This document shows positions 51,550 through 63,179 of a stretch of DNA of 64,000 nt, piece by piece. The position numbers and the translations under genes are program-made. This DNA is from Heptranchias perlo (lineage: Eukaryota). Within the stretch, counting starts at the first letter, position 1, and every line of letters begins with the position of its first letter. The notes below the pieces were generated by a model. That model made no database searches, was not told the DNA's origin, and was given only the letters and a program-made list of their open reading frames with translations. Location: assembly GCF_035084215.1 (NCBI RefSeq), contig NC_090339.1, positions 38,812,001 to 38,876,000 of the forward strand. Reading direction: 5' to 3'.

Positions 51550-53865
51550 TGTGTTCATGAGAACGTTCTTGATCAGTATGTTTCCGACCCAACGAGGAAG
51601 GAGGCATTGCTGGATCTAGTTCTGGGGAATGAAGTGGGTCAAGTGGAGCAAGTCTCAGTGGGGGAATATTTAGGGAACGGTGATCATAGTATCATAAGGC
51701 TTAGATTAGTTATGGAAAAGGACATGGAGCAATCTAGAGTAAAAATGCTTAATTGGAGGAGGGCCAACTTCAGTGGGATGAGAACAGATCTGGCCTGGGT
51801 AAATTGGAATCAAAGATTGACAAGCAAAACTGTAATGGAACTGTAATGTAAAGAGATGGTTCAGATACAGTCTAGGTACATTCCCACGAGGGGGAAAGAT
51901 AGGGCAACCAAAGCCAGAGTTGACAAAAGAGATAGAGTGTAAGATAAAGCAGAAAATGGGGGCATATGACAGATGTCAGGTTGATAATACAAGTGAGAAC
52001 CAGGCTGAATATAGAAATTACAGAGGAGAAGTGAGAAAGGAAATAAGAGGGGCAAAGAGAGAGTATGAGAATAGACTAGCAGCTAATATAAAAAGGAATT
52101 CAAAAGTCTTCTATAGGTATATAAATAGTAAACGGGTGGTAAGAAGAGGGGTGGGGCCGATTAGGGACCAAAGAGGAGATCGACACAGGGAGGCAGAGGG
52201 CATAGCTGAGGTACTAAAAGAGTACTTTGCATCTGTCTTTACCAAGGAAGAAGATACTGCCAAAGTTACAGTAAAAGAGGAGGTAGTTGAGAAACTGGAT
52301 GGGCTAAAAATTGATAAAGAGGATGTACTAGAAAGGCTGTCTGTACTTAAAGTAGATAAGTCACTTGGTCTGGATGGGATGCATCCTTAGTTGCTGAGGG
52401 AAGCAAGAGTGGAAATTGCAGAGGTGCTGGCCATAATCTTCCAATCCTCCTTAGATATGGGGGTAGTGCCAGAGGACTGGAGAATTGCAAATGTTACCCC
52501 CTTGTTCAAAAAAGGGTGTAAGGATAAATCCGACAACCACAGGCCAGTGGTGGGTAAGCTTTTAGAAACGATAATCCGGGACAAAATTAATAGTCACTTG
52601 GACAAGTTTGGATTAGTAAAGGAAAGCCAGCACAGATTTGTTAAAGGCAAATCGTGTTTACCTAACTTGATTGAGCTTTTTGATGAGGTAACAGAGAGGG
52701 TTGATGAGGGCAATACGGTTGATGTGTATATGGACTTTCAAAAGTCATTTGATAAAGTGCCACATAATAGGCTTGTGAGCAAAACTGAAGCCCATGGAAT
52801 AAAAGGGGCAGTGGCAGCATGGATACAAAATTGGCTAAGTGACAGGAAGCAGAGAGTAGTGAACATTTGTTTTTTGGACTAGAGGAAAGTATACAGTGGT
52901 GTTTCCCGGGGGTCAGTACTAGGACCACTGCTTTTTTTGACATATATTAATGACTTGGACTTGGGTCTATCGGGCACAATTTCAAAAATTGCAGATAACA
53001 CAAAACTTGGAAGTGTAGTAAATAGTGAGGTGGATAGTAATAGACTTCAAGAGGACATAGACAAGCTGGTGGAGTGGGTGGACATGTGGCAGATGAAATT
53101 TAATGCAGAGAAGTGCGAAGTGATACATTTTGGCAGGAAGAATGAGAAGAGGCAATATAAACTAAAGGGGGTGCAGGAACAAAGAAACCTGGGGGGTATA
53201 TGTACACAAATCTTTGAAGGTGGCAGGACAGGTTGAGAAAGCGGTTAAAAAAAGCATACAGTATCCTGGGCTTTATAAAAGCAAGGAAGTTATGTTGAGC
53301 CTTTATGAAACACTGGTTCAGCCACAACTGGAGCATTGTGCCCAATTCTGGGCATTGCACTTAAGGAAGGATGTGAAGGCAGAGAGGGTGCAGAAAAGAT
53401 TTACTAGAATGATTCCAGGGATGACGGACTTCAATTATGTGGATAGACTGGAGAAGCTGGGGTTGTTCTCCTTAGAGCGGAGAAGGTTAAGAGGAGATTT
53501 GATGGGGTTGTTCAAAACCATGAAGGGTTTAGATAAAGCAAATAAAAAGAAACTTCCCATTGGCGGAAGGGTCGAGAACCAGAGGATGCAGATTTAAGGT
53601 GATTGGCAAAAAAACCAAAGATGACATGAGGAGAAAATTTTTTACGCACCGAGTAGTATGATCTGGAATGCGCTGCCTGAAAGAGTGGAAGCAGATTCAA
53701 TCGTGCCTTTCAAAAAGGAATTGGATAAATACTTGAAGGGAAAATGTTTGCAGGGCTAAGGAGAAAGAGCAGGGGATTGGAACTAACTGGATTGCTCTTA
53801 CAAAGCCGGTACAGGCTCGATGGGCTGAATGGCCTTCGCCTGTGCTTTAACCATTCCATGATTCA
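51550..53865 (+). mobile_element. CR1 LINE ORF2, disrupted, preceded by an inverted CR1 tail (51370-51550)
   Basis: LLDLVLGNE...GDHSII, VVPEDWRIANVTPLFKKG, YMDFQKSFDKVPH, KIADNTK and 3' tail. Confidence 0.93.
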
Positions 53866-54870
53866 GAGAATTCAATATGGTTGGTGAAGCCATGACCTTC
53901 CCTTTTGAAATCTGTGCTGACTATTATTATATTTTTGGTTTCCAGATGATTTTCTATTACATCTTTGAGTAAGCAATCCATTATCTTTCCTACCACTGAT
54001 GTTAGCTAACTGGTCTATAGTTCCCTGGACTTGTTCTATCTCCCTTTTTAAATTTAGTAATCACATTGGCTCTCTGCCAATCCTGGCACTATTCCCTTTT
54101 CTATTGAATTTTTATATATGTGTAGTAGTGCCTCTGCTACCTCTTCCTTAACTTATTTTAGTGTGCATAGATGTAATCCATTCGGACCAGGGGTTTTATC
54201 CTCTCTAAAGTTTGATTGGTTTATCAATTATCTCCCCCCTTTCTATCTTAAATGTCTTTATATCTTCTTTGATCTCTTCTAATGTCATGCCCACCATGTT
54301 AGTCTCCCTGTTAAATACTGAGGCATAGTTATTATTTAATATTTCTGCCAGTTCGCTGTCATTACCTGTGATTTTATCGTGTGTATCCCTTAGTGGCCCT
54401 ATCCCTATCCTGATTTTTCTTTTGTTATTTATGTGTCTGTAGAATACTTAACTATTTCTTTTTATAATATCCTTGATAATTTAATTTCATAGTTTCTCTT
54501 TGTCTTCCTGATTGTTTTTTTTGACTTCTTTCCTAACCTTTTCGTATTCCCTTTTGTCATCCTCTCCTTTGATGTCTCTGTACTTAGTGTATGCCTTTCT
54601 CTTTAGTTTCAGTTTTGCCCTTATTTCTTTATTCATCCATAGTGTGTCATTACTGGCTAGTTTGTACTTGCTTTTTAGTGGGATATATTTCTCCTGGACT
54701 CTACTGATCACTGTTCTAAATGTTTCCCACTGCTGTTCTATTTCTTTGTTTGTCAGTAAATTTTTCCAGTTTATTTTCCCTAGTTGCATTCTCATCCCCT
54801 TAAAATCAGCTTTTTCCAATTTATTACTTTGGTCTTTGCCTTACTTATGTCCTCAATCTTTATCTTAAAC

Positions 54871-55318
54871 ATGATGTGGAGATGCCGGTGATGGACTGGG
54901 GTGGACAAATGTAAGGAGTCACACAACACCAGGTTATAGTCCAACAGCTTTATTTGAAATCACAAGCTTTCGGAGCTTTGCTCCTTCATCACCTGACACA
55001 CTATGGATGAATAAAGAAATAAGGGCAAAACTGAAACTAAAGAGAAAGGCATACACTAAGTACATAGACATCAGAGGAGAGGATGACAAAAGGAAATATG
55101 AAAAGGTTAGGAAAGAAGTAAAAAAAACAATCAGGAAGACAAAGAGAAACTATGAAATTAAATTATCAAGGATATTATAAAAAGAAATAGTTAAGTATTC
55201 TACAGACACATAAATAACAAAAGAAAAATCAGGATAGGGATAGGGCCACAAACTCCGAAAGCTTGTGATTTCAAATAAAGCTGTTGGACTATAACCTGGT
55301 GTTGTGCGACTCCTTATA
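54871..55318 (-). mobile_element. Penelope-like terminal fragment with inverted arms, enclosing an inverted copy of flanking DNA; 12-bp TSD
   Basis: TTTATCTTAAAC at 54859-54870 and 55319-55330. Arms 54907-54975 and ~55254-55321 are inverted repeats. The LINE frame rejoins across the insert. Confidence 0.75.
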
Positions 55319-56382
55319 TTTATCTTAAACGTTATTATGCTGTGATCGCTATTGCCTAAATGTTCCCCTACGTTCACTTCGCTTATCTGTTCTGGTTCAT
55401 TTCCCATTACTACATCCAGCAGTGCTTCCACGCTTGTTGGGCTTTTTACATACTGGGTAAGAAAGGAGTCCTGCACATATTGTAAAAACTCCATTCCCTT
55501 TACCTACCTCTTCTTGCCAGTTCATTTGGGGGTAGTTAAAATCTCCCATGATTATTATTCTATGTCCTTTACTCATTTCACATACTTCTTTCTCAACCTC
55601 CTTTCCACTATTAGGTGATCTGTAGTATGCCCCTATTTGTCTGTCTGATTGATCCCTTATCTTTTATTTCAAACCATATGGATTCAGTTTCTATCCTTCG
55701 GTTAATTACGTCCCTTTTTTCTACTGCCATTATGTTATCCCTAATTAGTACAGCTACTCCAACACCCGCCCCCCCCCCGCTTCTCCCCTATCCTTTCTGA
55801 TTATGCTATAACCACCAATATTTAGTTACCAGTCCTGTTCTTTATGTAGCCATGTTTCAGTTATTCCTACTGTATCTGGTTCCGCGTTATGGATTATTGC
55901 CTCTAGTTCCCCATTTTATTTTGGACACTGTGCACATTGCTATACAGGCAGTTTAATTCGTCTTTAATAGTTATTCCTTTTATTTGTAACAGTCCTTTTA
56001 TACTTCTGTTTTATAACTGTTTTTGTTTCTTGACCGTTCATGTTATCTTTATTCCTTACCCTGGTTTGACCTTTAAACTCGTCTCCTGTTTCTTTTATCT
56101 TTAGGCTTTTGTTATTGCTACCAGATCCTTCCCCCCATCTTGCTAGTTTAAAGCCTTATCCACCGCCCTATTTATCCTTTCTGCTAGGACTCTGGTCTCA
56201 CTCTGGTTCAGGTGGAGCCCAGTACTGGTGCCAGTGTCCCATGAAATGGAACCCTCCTTCCTACACCACTCTTTCAGCCACGCATTCACCTTTCTGATCT
56301 GCCTATCAGTATGTCAATTAGCCTGTGGCTCAGGTAGTAATCCTGAGATTACCACCCGTGAGGTCCTGCTTTTTAATTTAGT

Positions 56383-56630
56383 TCATAGAAACATAGAAAA
56401 TAGGAGCAAGAGTAGGCCATTCTCCCTGCATCTAGTCTGTCTAGTCCTGTTAGAATTTTATATGTTTCGATGAGATCACCTCTCATTCTTCTAAACTCTA
56501 CTGAATATAGGCCTAGTCGATCCAATCTCTCCTCATACGTCAGTCCTGCCATCGAAGGAATCAGTCTGGTAAACCTTCGTTGCACTCCCTCCATGGCAAG
56601 GACATCCTTCCTCAGATAAGGAGAACAAAA
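56383..56630 (-). mobile_element. CR1 3' fragment nested in ORF1 of the host LINE
   Basis: MEGVQRRFTRLIPSMAGLTYEERLDRLGLYSVEFRRMRGDLIETYKIL. Confidence 0.85.
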
Positions 56631-58540
56631 ACGCTTCTGATACTAGCTTCTGATATTCTCTTAGCAGGACCTCCTCCTTGTTCTTCCTTATGTCATTGGT
56701 GCCGACATGGACCACAATAACTGGATCCTCCCCATCCCTTTCCAAGTTCCTCTCCAGTTGCTCTGAGATGTTTTTTATCCTTGCACTGGGTAGGCAATAC
56801 ACCCTCCTGGACTCTGTCGTGACTGCAGAGGATGCTATGTATCCCCCTAATTTTGGAATCCCGTATGACTACAACCTTTCTATTCTAGTCCTCCCCCTCC
56901 ATTCCACCTCCCCCTCCACCCCCCTTGGACTGCCTCATGCTCCAGGTTCCCTTAGTATTCTGGAAATCCTCCCTGCAGCTTTCATCCTTATCCTCACAGG
57001 TATCAAGTACCTTGCACCTGTTGGATAGGACTAGTGTCTGCGGGACCTCCTTCTCTGCCTCCTAAGTTCCCATTACCCTGCTGAGTGACAGTTACACTTT
57101 CCCCTTCTTGCACCTGTGCTTTCCTCTTGAGGTGTGACTGTACTCTGGAAAAACTATCTAGATATTCTTCCCCCTCCCGTATGTGTCGGAGTGTCTCTAA
57201 CTCGCACTCCAGCTCAAAGACTCTGAGCTGGAGTGTCTCAAGCCAGAGACATTTCCTGCAGATGTGGCAATCTGGGACCGTCTCGCTGTCCACAAACTCC
57301 CACACATTACAGTCCTGAGACACATTACAGTACTGCCATTTCTAGTTTTTTTTTATTATTATCAGTAATTTCTAGGACTAATAGAATCACTTGAGATCTA
57401 GATTATATATAGTAAATGGATTTTGAAATTATTAGTAATTACTTAGTCTTTAAAATTTAAGTTTTAAGAGTTGATTGATTAGTTTATAGTTCCTTGGTTT
57501 ACATTACTTAGCACCTCCTTCCCCCTCTGCACCTAATTCTCATGCTCACCAAATTCCCAGTTGAAAGTTCTCACTCTGTTAGCAGTTCACTCCGTTAGAA
57601 GTTCACTGTCTGTCTTTACCAACCTCACAAGCTCAGTTAACAAGTTAACATGCAAAAAAATGAATGACCTCAGTGTTATATGGTTTTACAATTTGAAGAT
57701 AAACAGAAGCAGTCCAGGTGTGTAATTAGTACATTTTGTCATGTTTGCACGTTTCTGTGTTTCCCTCTCACATACAGCCAATTTTTAGTTTTAAAAACTC
57801 AATATTAATTCTACCTGAATAAAGCTTTTGAAATTTGTTCTTAGTTTTCCGTAGTTATTTCAAGAAAAACTTATCATACTGTAGGAGGTTGAAGACAAGC
57901 ATTTTGCCTGTTGAGCTGATAAAATGTTAATAACACATCCTAGGAAATTGTGCACACTGCACATGCTGAGATTGCAGGCTCTGCTTTCAGCTAACAGTCA
58001 TAGCTCTGAGCAAAAATACAAATCCAAGGCCAAGCTTTTGAGAGATGCTAAAGTAAAAACATTAATGAAAGTATTCAAAGAAACAAAAGAAAACTTTGTA
58101 GTTAAATTTAATAATGTTATTCAAAAATTTGTGATTTTTATGCCCATATATGTTACAAACCTTATTTTGGACAACATAAATATCAGTTACTGAGTGAAAA
58201 ACAGGGGGCATTGTTTTTCAAACAGTGATTTTAGTGTTTTGATTGTTACAACTTCTTTGTTTTATAGGTAGGTTCTCCTCACTGGCCACTGAGGAGTGGT
58301 TGTTTTCATAAGACCTTAAAAGTGTGACAGAAAAGGAGTAATTAAAAGGAAGTAATTGTTACTTGAAAATACAGGAAGAAAGAAAAATTGACAGATAAAA
58401 CAGAGGACAAACAATAGGAAACTTTCAAACAGGAGATAATTAGGATGCAAATTAAATATATTCTGACAAGAACTAAAAGGGTTCTTAGATGGATAGGGAA
58501 ATTGAAATGAAAATGACAATTGCAGGTCTAATAATACAAA

Positions 58541-58757
58541 TTGTAAACAATTTTACAACACCAAGTTATAGTCCAACGATTTTTATTTGAAATCTACAAG
58601 CTTTCGGAGGCTTCCTCCTTCCTCAGACATTTACCTGAGGAAGGAGGAAGCCTCCGAAAGCTTGTAGATTTCAAATAAAAATCGTTGGACTATAATTTGG
58701 TGTTGTAAAATTGTTTACAATTGTCAACCCCAGTCCATCACCGGCATCTCCACATCA
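58541..58757 (+). mobile_element. Penelope-like terminal fragment forming an 88-bp inverted repeat; 12-bp TSD
   Basis: TAATAATACAAA at 58529-58540 and 58758-58769. Arms 58539-58626 and 58635-58722. Shares the terminus ccccagtccatcaccggcatctccacatca with the insert at 54871. Confidence 0.8.
58635..58670 (+). ncRNA. Minimal hammerhead-ribozyme-like motif (mirror copy on the - strand at ~58591-58626)
   Basis: CTGAGGA-A-GGAGG-aag-CCTCC-GAAA-GCTT gives the CUGANGA core, a 5-bp stem II, GAAA and a palindromic AAGCTT. The cleavage triplet and stem I are not clearly canonical. Confidence 0.5.
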
Positions 58758-59119
58758 TAATAATACAAAGACAATCAAGTAGGAAGTCCTCTGGTTAGGC
58801 ACAACAATGAAGGTGTTTGGCAGAACTGGGGTATGGAATGTGAGGTTTGGCTCACTAGTAGATTCCTGCAGTTTGGCAATACTTGGGGAATAAGAGCACA
58901 GGTCTGATATAACTGAGGCAGGGTCTCATTCTGGTTCGTAAGTTTCAAAGAGATCTTTGCAGGCCTTAAGTTAAATGTTTGTGGTTGATTTCAAACCCAA
59001 AGACTGTCACTGGGAAATAAAGTGGTCAAGCTCCAAGGTGGCAGGGAGCACAGTGATGGGAAGGCCTGAGGCACAAAGGTCATGGGGACAGGAGTTGGAA
59101 ATAAAATATCTGAGTCCTG

Positions 59120-59322
59120 AACCCTATATATTGCCGTTCCTTCATTGTCGCTGGGTCAAAATCGTGGCACTCCCTACCTAACAGCACTGTGGGAGTACCT
59201 TCACGGACTGCAGCGGTTCAAGAAGGCAGCTCACCACCACCTTCTCAAAGGCAATTAGGGATGGGCAATAAATGCTGGCCTTGCCAGCGACGCCCACATC
59301 CGATGAATTAATTTTAAAAAAA
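59120..59322 (+). mobile_element. Non-LTR retrotransposon 3' end (same family as 33186-33445)
   Basis: gctgggtcaaaatcgtggcactccctacctaacagcactgtggg...ggcaattagggatgggcaataaatgctggcc. Confidence 0.75.
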
Positions 59323-59912
59323 CCCTGAGGTGGCAAGGAGCAAATTGAAAACAGTGGGGGGGAGGCTGATGACAGTGTGAGTGGAATAGGCAACTTGGCG
59401 GCAGGGGGAACAGGCCAGGGTAGGCTGATGGGCAAAGGAGCGGGACATGGGAAGCTGAAAGCAGTAGGAGCAGGCCACAATTTTGGCCTCAGTGGTGACG
59501 GGAATAGTGTGGGTGAGAGTGACAAACAAGAAAGTTGAAATGTTAATAAAAGATTTAAATTTAAATATGATTTTTTCTAAACTTAAAAAATTTACTTCTA
59601 AGGTCTGATGCTTACCAAAGCAAACCAAAGCCGGAGATGGATCCAGGAAGTCTCAAAGATAAATAGGAAACAGCACCACCGACCTTAGAGATCTAGTAAT
59701 GCAGGGCCCAAGAGGTAAGTAAAATCAATTGTAAACTATCACAAAAATGTGACAGATGCTGCAACACTAGTACGACTGACACAAGAACCATGACGGAAAA
59801 AAATGTTTTGGAAGCGCATGCTGCACAACAGTAAGTGCGCACAGGTATAAGACTTTCAATATATAATGCGTTGTGGATCTGTTGTAACATTGCTTATGGG
59901 AAGATGAACAGT

Positions 59913-60978
59913 GGGGTAAATCTTAACCCCATGAACGGGTGGGTTGGGGGCGGGTGGGAAGGTAGAAATCATAAAAAAAGTAAAACCCGACGCGGTTTTA
60001 ACGGAGGCGGGTCGAGAGGCAGGCGACCAACCCGTTCCGAGAAGGCAGGTCGGTCAATTAAATCTTTTAAGGAGGCTGTGGGCCTCCATTTTGACAGGTT
60101 TTTTATTTTTAACTCATGGTGGCCGGGGTTCCTGGACCTTCTGCTTCACGCCACTTAAGAGGAGGCGCAGCCTTTATTGCACTGCTTGTGGGCCCTGAGG
60201 AGCAGGAGTATTTCCTCCAAGCCCAACAAGCCTACCTGCTGTGATCCCACACGTGCGATTGGTGACCCCCTCCCCACATCCGACCCCCCCCTCACGATCT
60301 CCGACCCCCCTCACGATCTCCGACCCCCCTCACGATCTCCGAGCCCCCTCCCACGATCTCCGAGCCCCCTCCCACGATCTCTGACCTCCACCCCGCGATC
60401 TCTGCCCCCCAAGATCATCGACCCCCCATGACTGAGCCCCTGATAACCCCCCCAATGACTGCTTCCCTTGACCCTGGCCCCCCCCAGACAACTGCCCCCA
60501 CCGATGATGGTCCCCCGATGACTGACTCCCCCGTGACTGACCCCACCTGATGACCCCAGACCCCCCCGATGATTGACCCCCCCCGATAACTGTTCCCCCC
60601 GTAACCCAGACCCCTCCCGATGACCCTGATGACCGACCGCCGCACAATGACTGACCCTCCCGATGACCCCTGATCTCTGATGATTAACTCCCCGATTACC
60701 GACTTCCCCCCCCCCTCCGATGTCCCCCGACTCCCCCCCCCCCCCCCCCCCATCTAAGACTTACCAGCTGGCATCTGCTCCCTGGCTGGTCTCCCGCCCG
60801 ACTGACTGCCAGCCTGTCAATCCGCCGGCCAGTCGGGCGGGAAGCCTATGGAAAAAAATTAAAGACGTCCTTACGCCAAAACCGTAAGGACATCCGGGAA
60901 ACCCGTACTTCCGGGTTTCCCATCAGGAATCCCCCTCCCCACCGCCCTCTTCCCGGCTCCCCTTTAAAATTTAACCCA
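59913..60978. mobile_element. GC-rich non-autonomous DNA transposon (Harbinger-like ends) with internal C-rich minisatellite
   Basis: Imperfect TIRs ggggtaaatcttaa / ttaaaatttaaccc around a CpG-rich interior that contrasts sharply with the AT-rich flanks. Confidence 0.55.
60262..60752. repeat. C-rich degenerate minisatellite (~18-20-nt units such as CCCCCTCACGATCTCCGA and CCCCCGATGACTGA)
   Basis: Directly visible tandem units ending in a poly-C run. Confidence 0.85.
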
Positions 60979-61737
60979 ATATGTTTGATTAGAAGAGGAG
61001 GATTAGATGATGTAGTAGAGAATATATAATTCTAATGGTTTATTTGAGATTTTTGGGGAATAAAGGGAATTTTAATTAAAAATAAATTAATGTAAAACAA
61101 ATTAAATGATCAAGAATATGTACAAAAAGATGAATGTAATTGAAAAATTACTTGAAATTGTATATTGTGAGGTTTTATATAATTGTAGTTATATGTGTAA
61201 AGGATTTGGGATTTAAATAAATTAATGTGAAATAATATGAAATAGTATATTAAAATGTATCCATGTTAATGGAACTTCAGAGTGTGTACATAATCTTTGT
61301 AGAGTAGATATTTTTATATAATGTGTGTATTTGATTTAATTGTGTGGAGTATTTTGTATGTAGATGAACATAATAAAAATATTTTAGAATTTTATATTTA
61401 TATTTGTCAGTTTCTATGTGGGTGGAAGGTGATGTTTAGTTTACTGAATTTGTGAATGTGTTTTGAGGGAGGAAAAACACAAGCACTGGAAATGGGGCTA
61501 CAAAAACACAGTGGGGGTGAAATTGAAATTGTGGCAGGCTGCAGCAGTTAAAAGACTGCTGGAGCTGAAATGACCAGAAGCACAACAGGTCACTCAGAAG
61601 AGGAAGAAAGAGAAATAAAGCTGGAGCTGAACCTGAACATTGAAAAGCGATGGCAGAAGGGGGAACATACTCTGGGAGGTCTGCAATGACCAAGGGCCCA
61701 AGGTTTTATAAGCTCTGGTGGAGATTTTTTTTTTAGC

Positions 61738-62050
61738 AATAGGAGCAGGAGTAGGCCAAATGGCCCCTCGAGCCTGCTCCGCCATTCATTAAGATCATGG
61801 CTGATCTTCGACCTCAAATCCACTTTCCCGCCGATCCCCATATCCCTTGATTCACTGAGAGTCCAAAAATCTATCTATCTCAGCCTTGAGTATACTCAAC
61901 GACTGAGCATCCACAGCACCCTGGGTAGAGAATTCCAAAGATTCACAACCCTCTGAATGAAGAAATTCCTCCTCATCTCAGTCTTAAATGGCCGATTCTT
62001 TATCCTTAGACTATGCCCCCTAGTTCTAGACTCTCCAGCCCGGGGAAACA
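61738..62050 (-). mobile_element. CR1 LINE 3' fragment
   Basis: FPRAGESRTRGHSLRIKNRPFKTEMRRNFFIQRVVNLWNSLP. Confidence 0.88.
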
Positions 62051-62379
62051 ACTGGCAGAGATAAGGGCCAGAAGACAAAGGCTCTTTCGCATCCAGAGAG
62101 TTATGTCTCAGAAAAAGGATTTGTGTCTCTGCCTCTCCATCTCCCCGCTTAACATGCTTTCTGAAGTAAAAAAAAAAGTTTGATGCTCAGTGCCATCTCT
62201 ACAACTCACAGTTATTAAGTGCCAGAAGTGTTTTAATGATCTCAAGGTAAAATCTGACAAGCAGCCTGGCACCTCCAGAGCTGTGGACAATAGAGTCACA
62301 CCTTTCAGAACTTGTGGGCTGCAAGGAGTGGGCACAGGTGACAATACACCTTCTTTATTGGAAGAGGTTGGTAATGATC

Positions 62380-62600
62380 TACCTAATGGAGTGCCTATGC
62401 CCATCTAGATTCTTCTTTTGAGCAAGGAGATTGGTCTCTTCTTCCCCTTCACCCTCTGGGCTTGGAAGGCACAAACCCTTGGTAATGGGCAAATTATACA
62501 GGATGCAGTAAACCACTACAATTCTGGAAACCATTACTGGACTATACTGCAGGGACCAGGCTGATGTCCAGGCACCAGAAATGGGACTTGACAATTCGAA
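62380..62600 (-). mobile_element. PIF/Harbinger (HARBI1-like) transposase C-terminal remnant
   Basis: LQYSPVMVSRIVVVYCILYNLPITKG followed by an acidic patch, matching the LQYSP..V..I...CC.LHN motif of Harbinger transposases. Confidence 0.7.
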
Positions 62601-63179
62601 TGGTCTGTTCCACAATAATCTTGGTAGCACCCAAGGGGATTCACTTTAATAGTGAAGCTCGGCGTAAATGGGAAATAGCGGCAGGTAGATGGCATCGGGC
62701 CATTAATGCCCTGTTTACACTGGCATCCTGGCCGCTGCCATCTTGTTAGGTGCCTTTAGATGGGTGGCCGGACTGCCTGCTTGTCTCGGGTGGAAGGCCA
62801 TTTTTACCATGCAAATTTGGGTCCTCTTATGTGCATGGGATACCGATTGCAATTTTGAGGTACAAATGGGTAGACAGTGTGCCACGCATGTTCCGCCCAT
62901 TTTTAATAGCATTGAGCAGCCTAATTCCCCCGAATGGTTCTTAAAGGGACCACTAGAGGCGTCTTAAAAATGGCCCAAAACTATTTTGATCTTTTATTTC
63001 TGTGGAGCCAGGAGGAGCAGAAATGTTCCTCCCGGCCCAACAAAAATACTTTGACCCTCTGCTGGCCTTTGCATGGCCTCCCTGGGATTGTCTAACCACC
63101 ACCGTCCCCAGGCCTGGACTGTCAGCTGGCTCAGTGTAGGAGCCAGACGATTTCTTGCTATCCCCACCATCAAGCTCCA

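Larger units (their letters stand above)
53870..57340 (-). mobile_element. CR1 LINE 5' half (ORF1 zinc finger + SGNH esterase, ORF2 endonuclease), with nested inserts
   Basis: QDCNVWEF...HICRKCLWLETLQLRVFELECEL (ORF1), DPVIVVHVGTNDI (SGNH) and LLDVVMGNE...GNSDH (APE). Confidence 0.9.

Noticed and set aside
51160-51846. Longest ORF (228 aa) as a host gene
   Set aside because: It is a chance fusion of unique sequence, an inverted CR1 tail and CR1 endonuclease sequence.
60262-60752. CRISPR-like array, or Gly-rich ORFs on the minus strand
   Set aside because: Vertebrate context, degenerate units without unique spacers, and ORFs that are low-complexity artefacts.
61000-61440. Very AT-rich tract
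   Set aside because: Low complexity with no periodicity or structure I could support.
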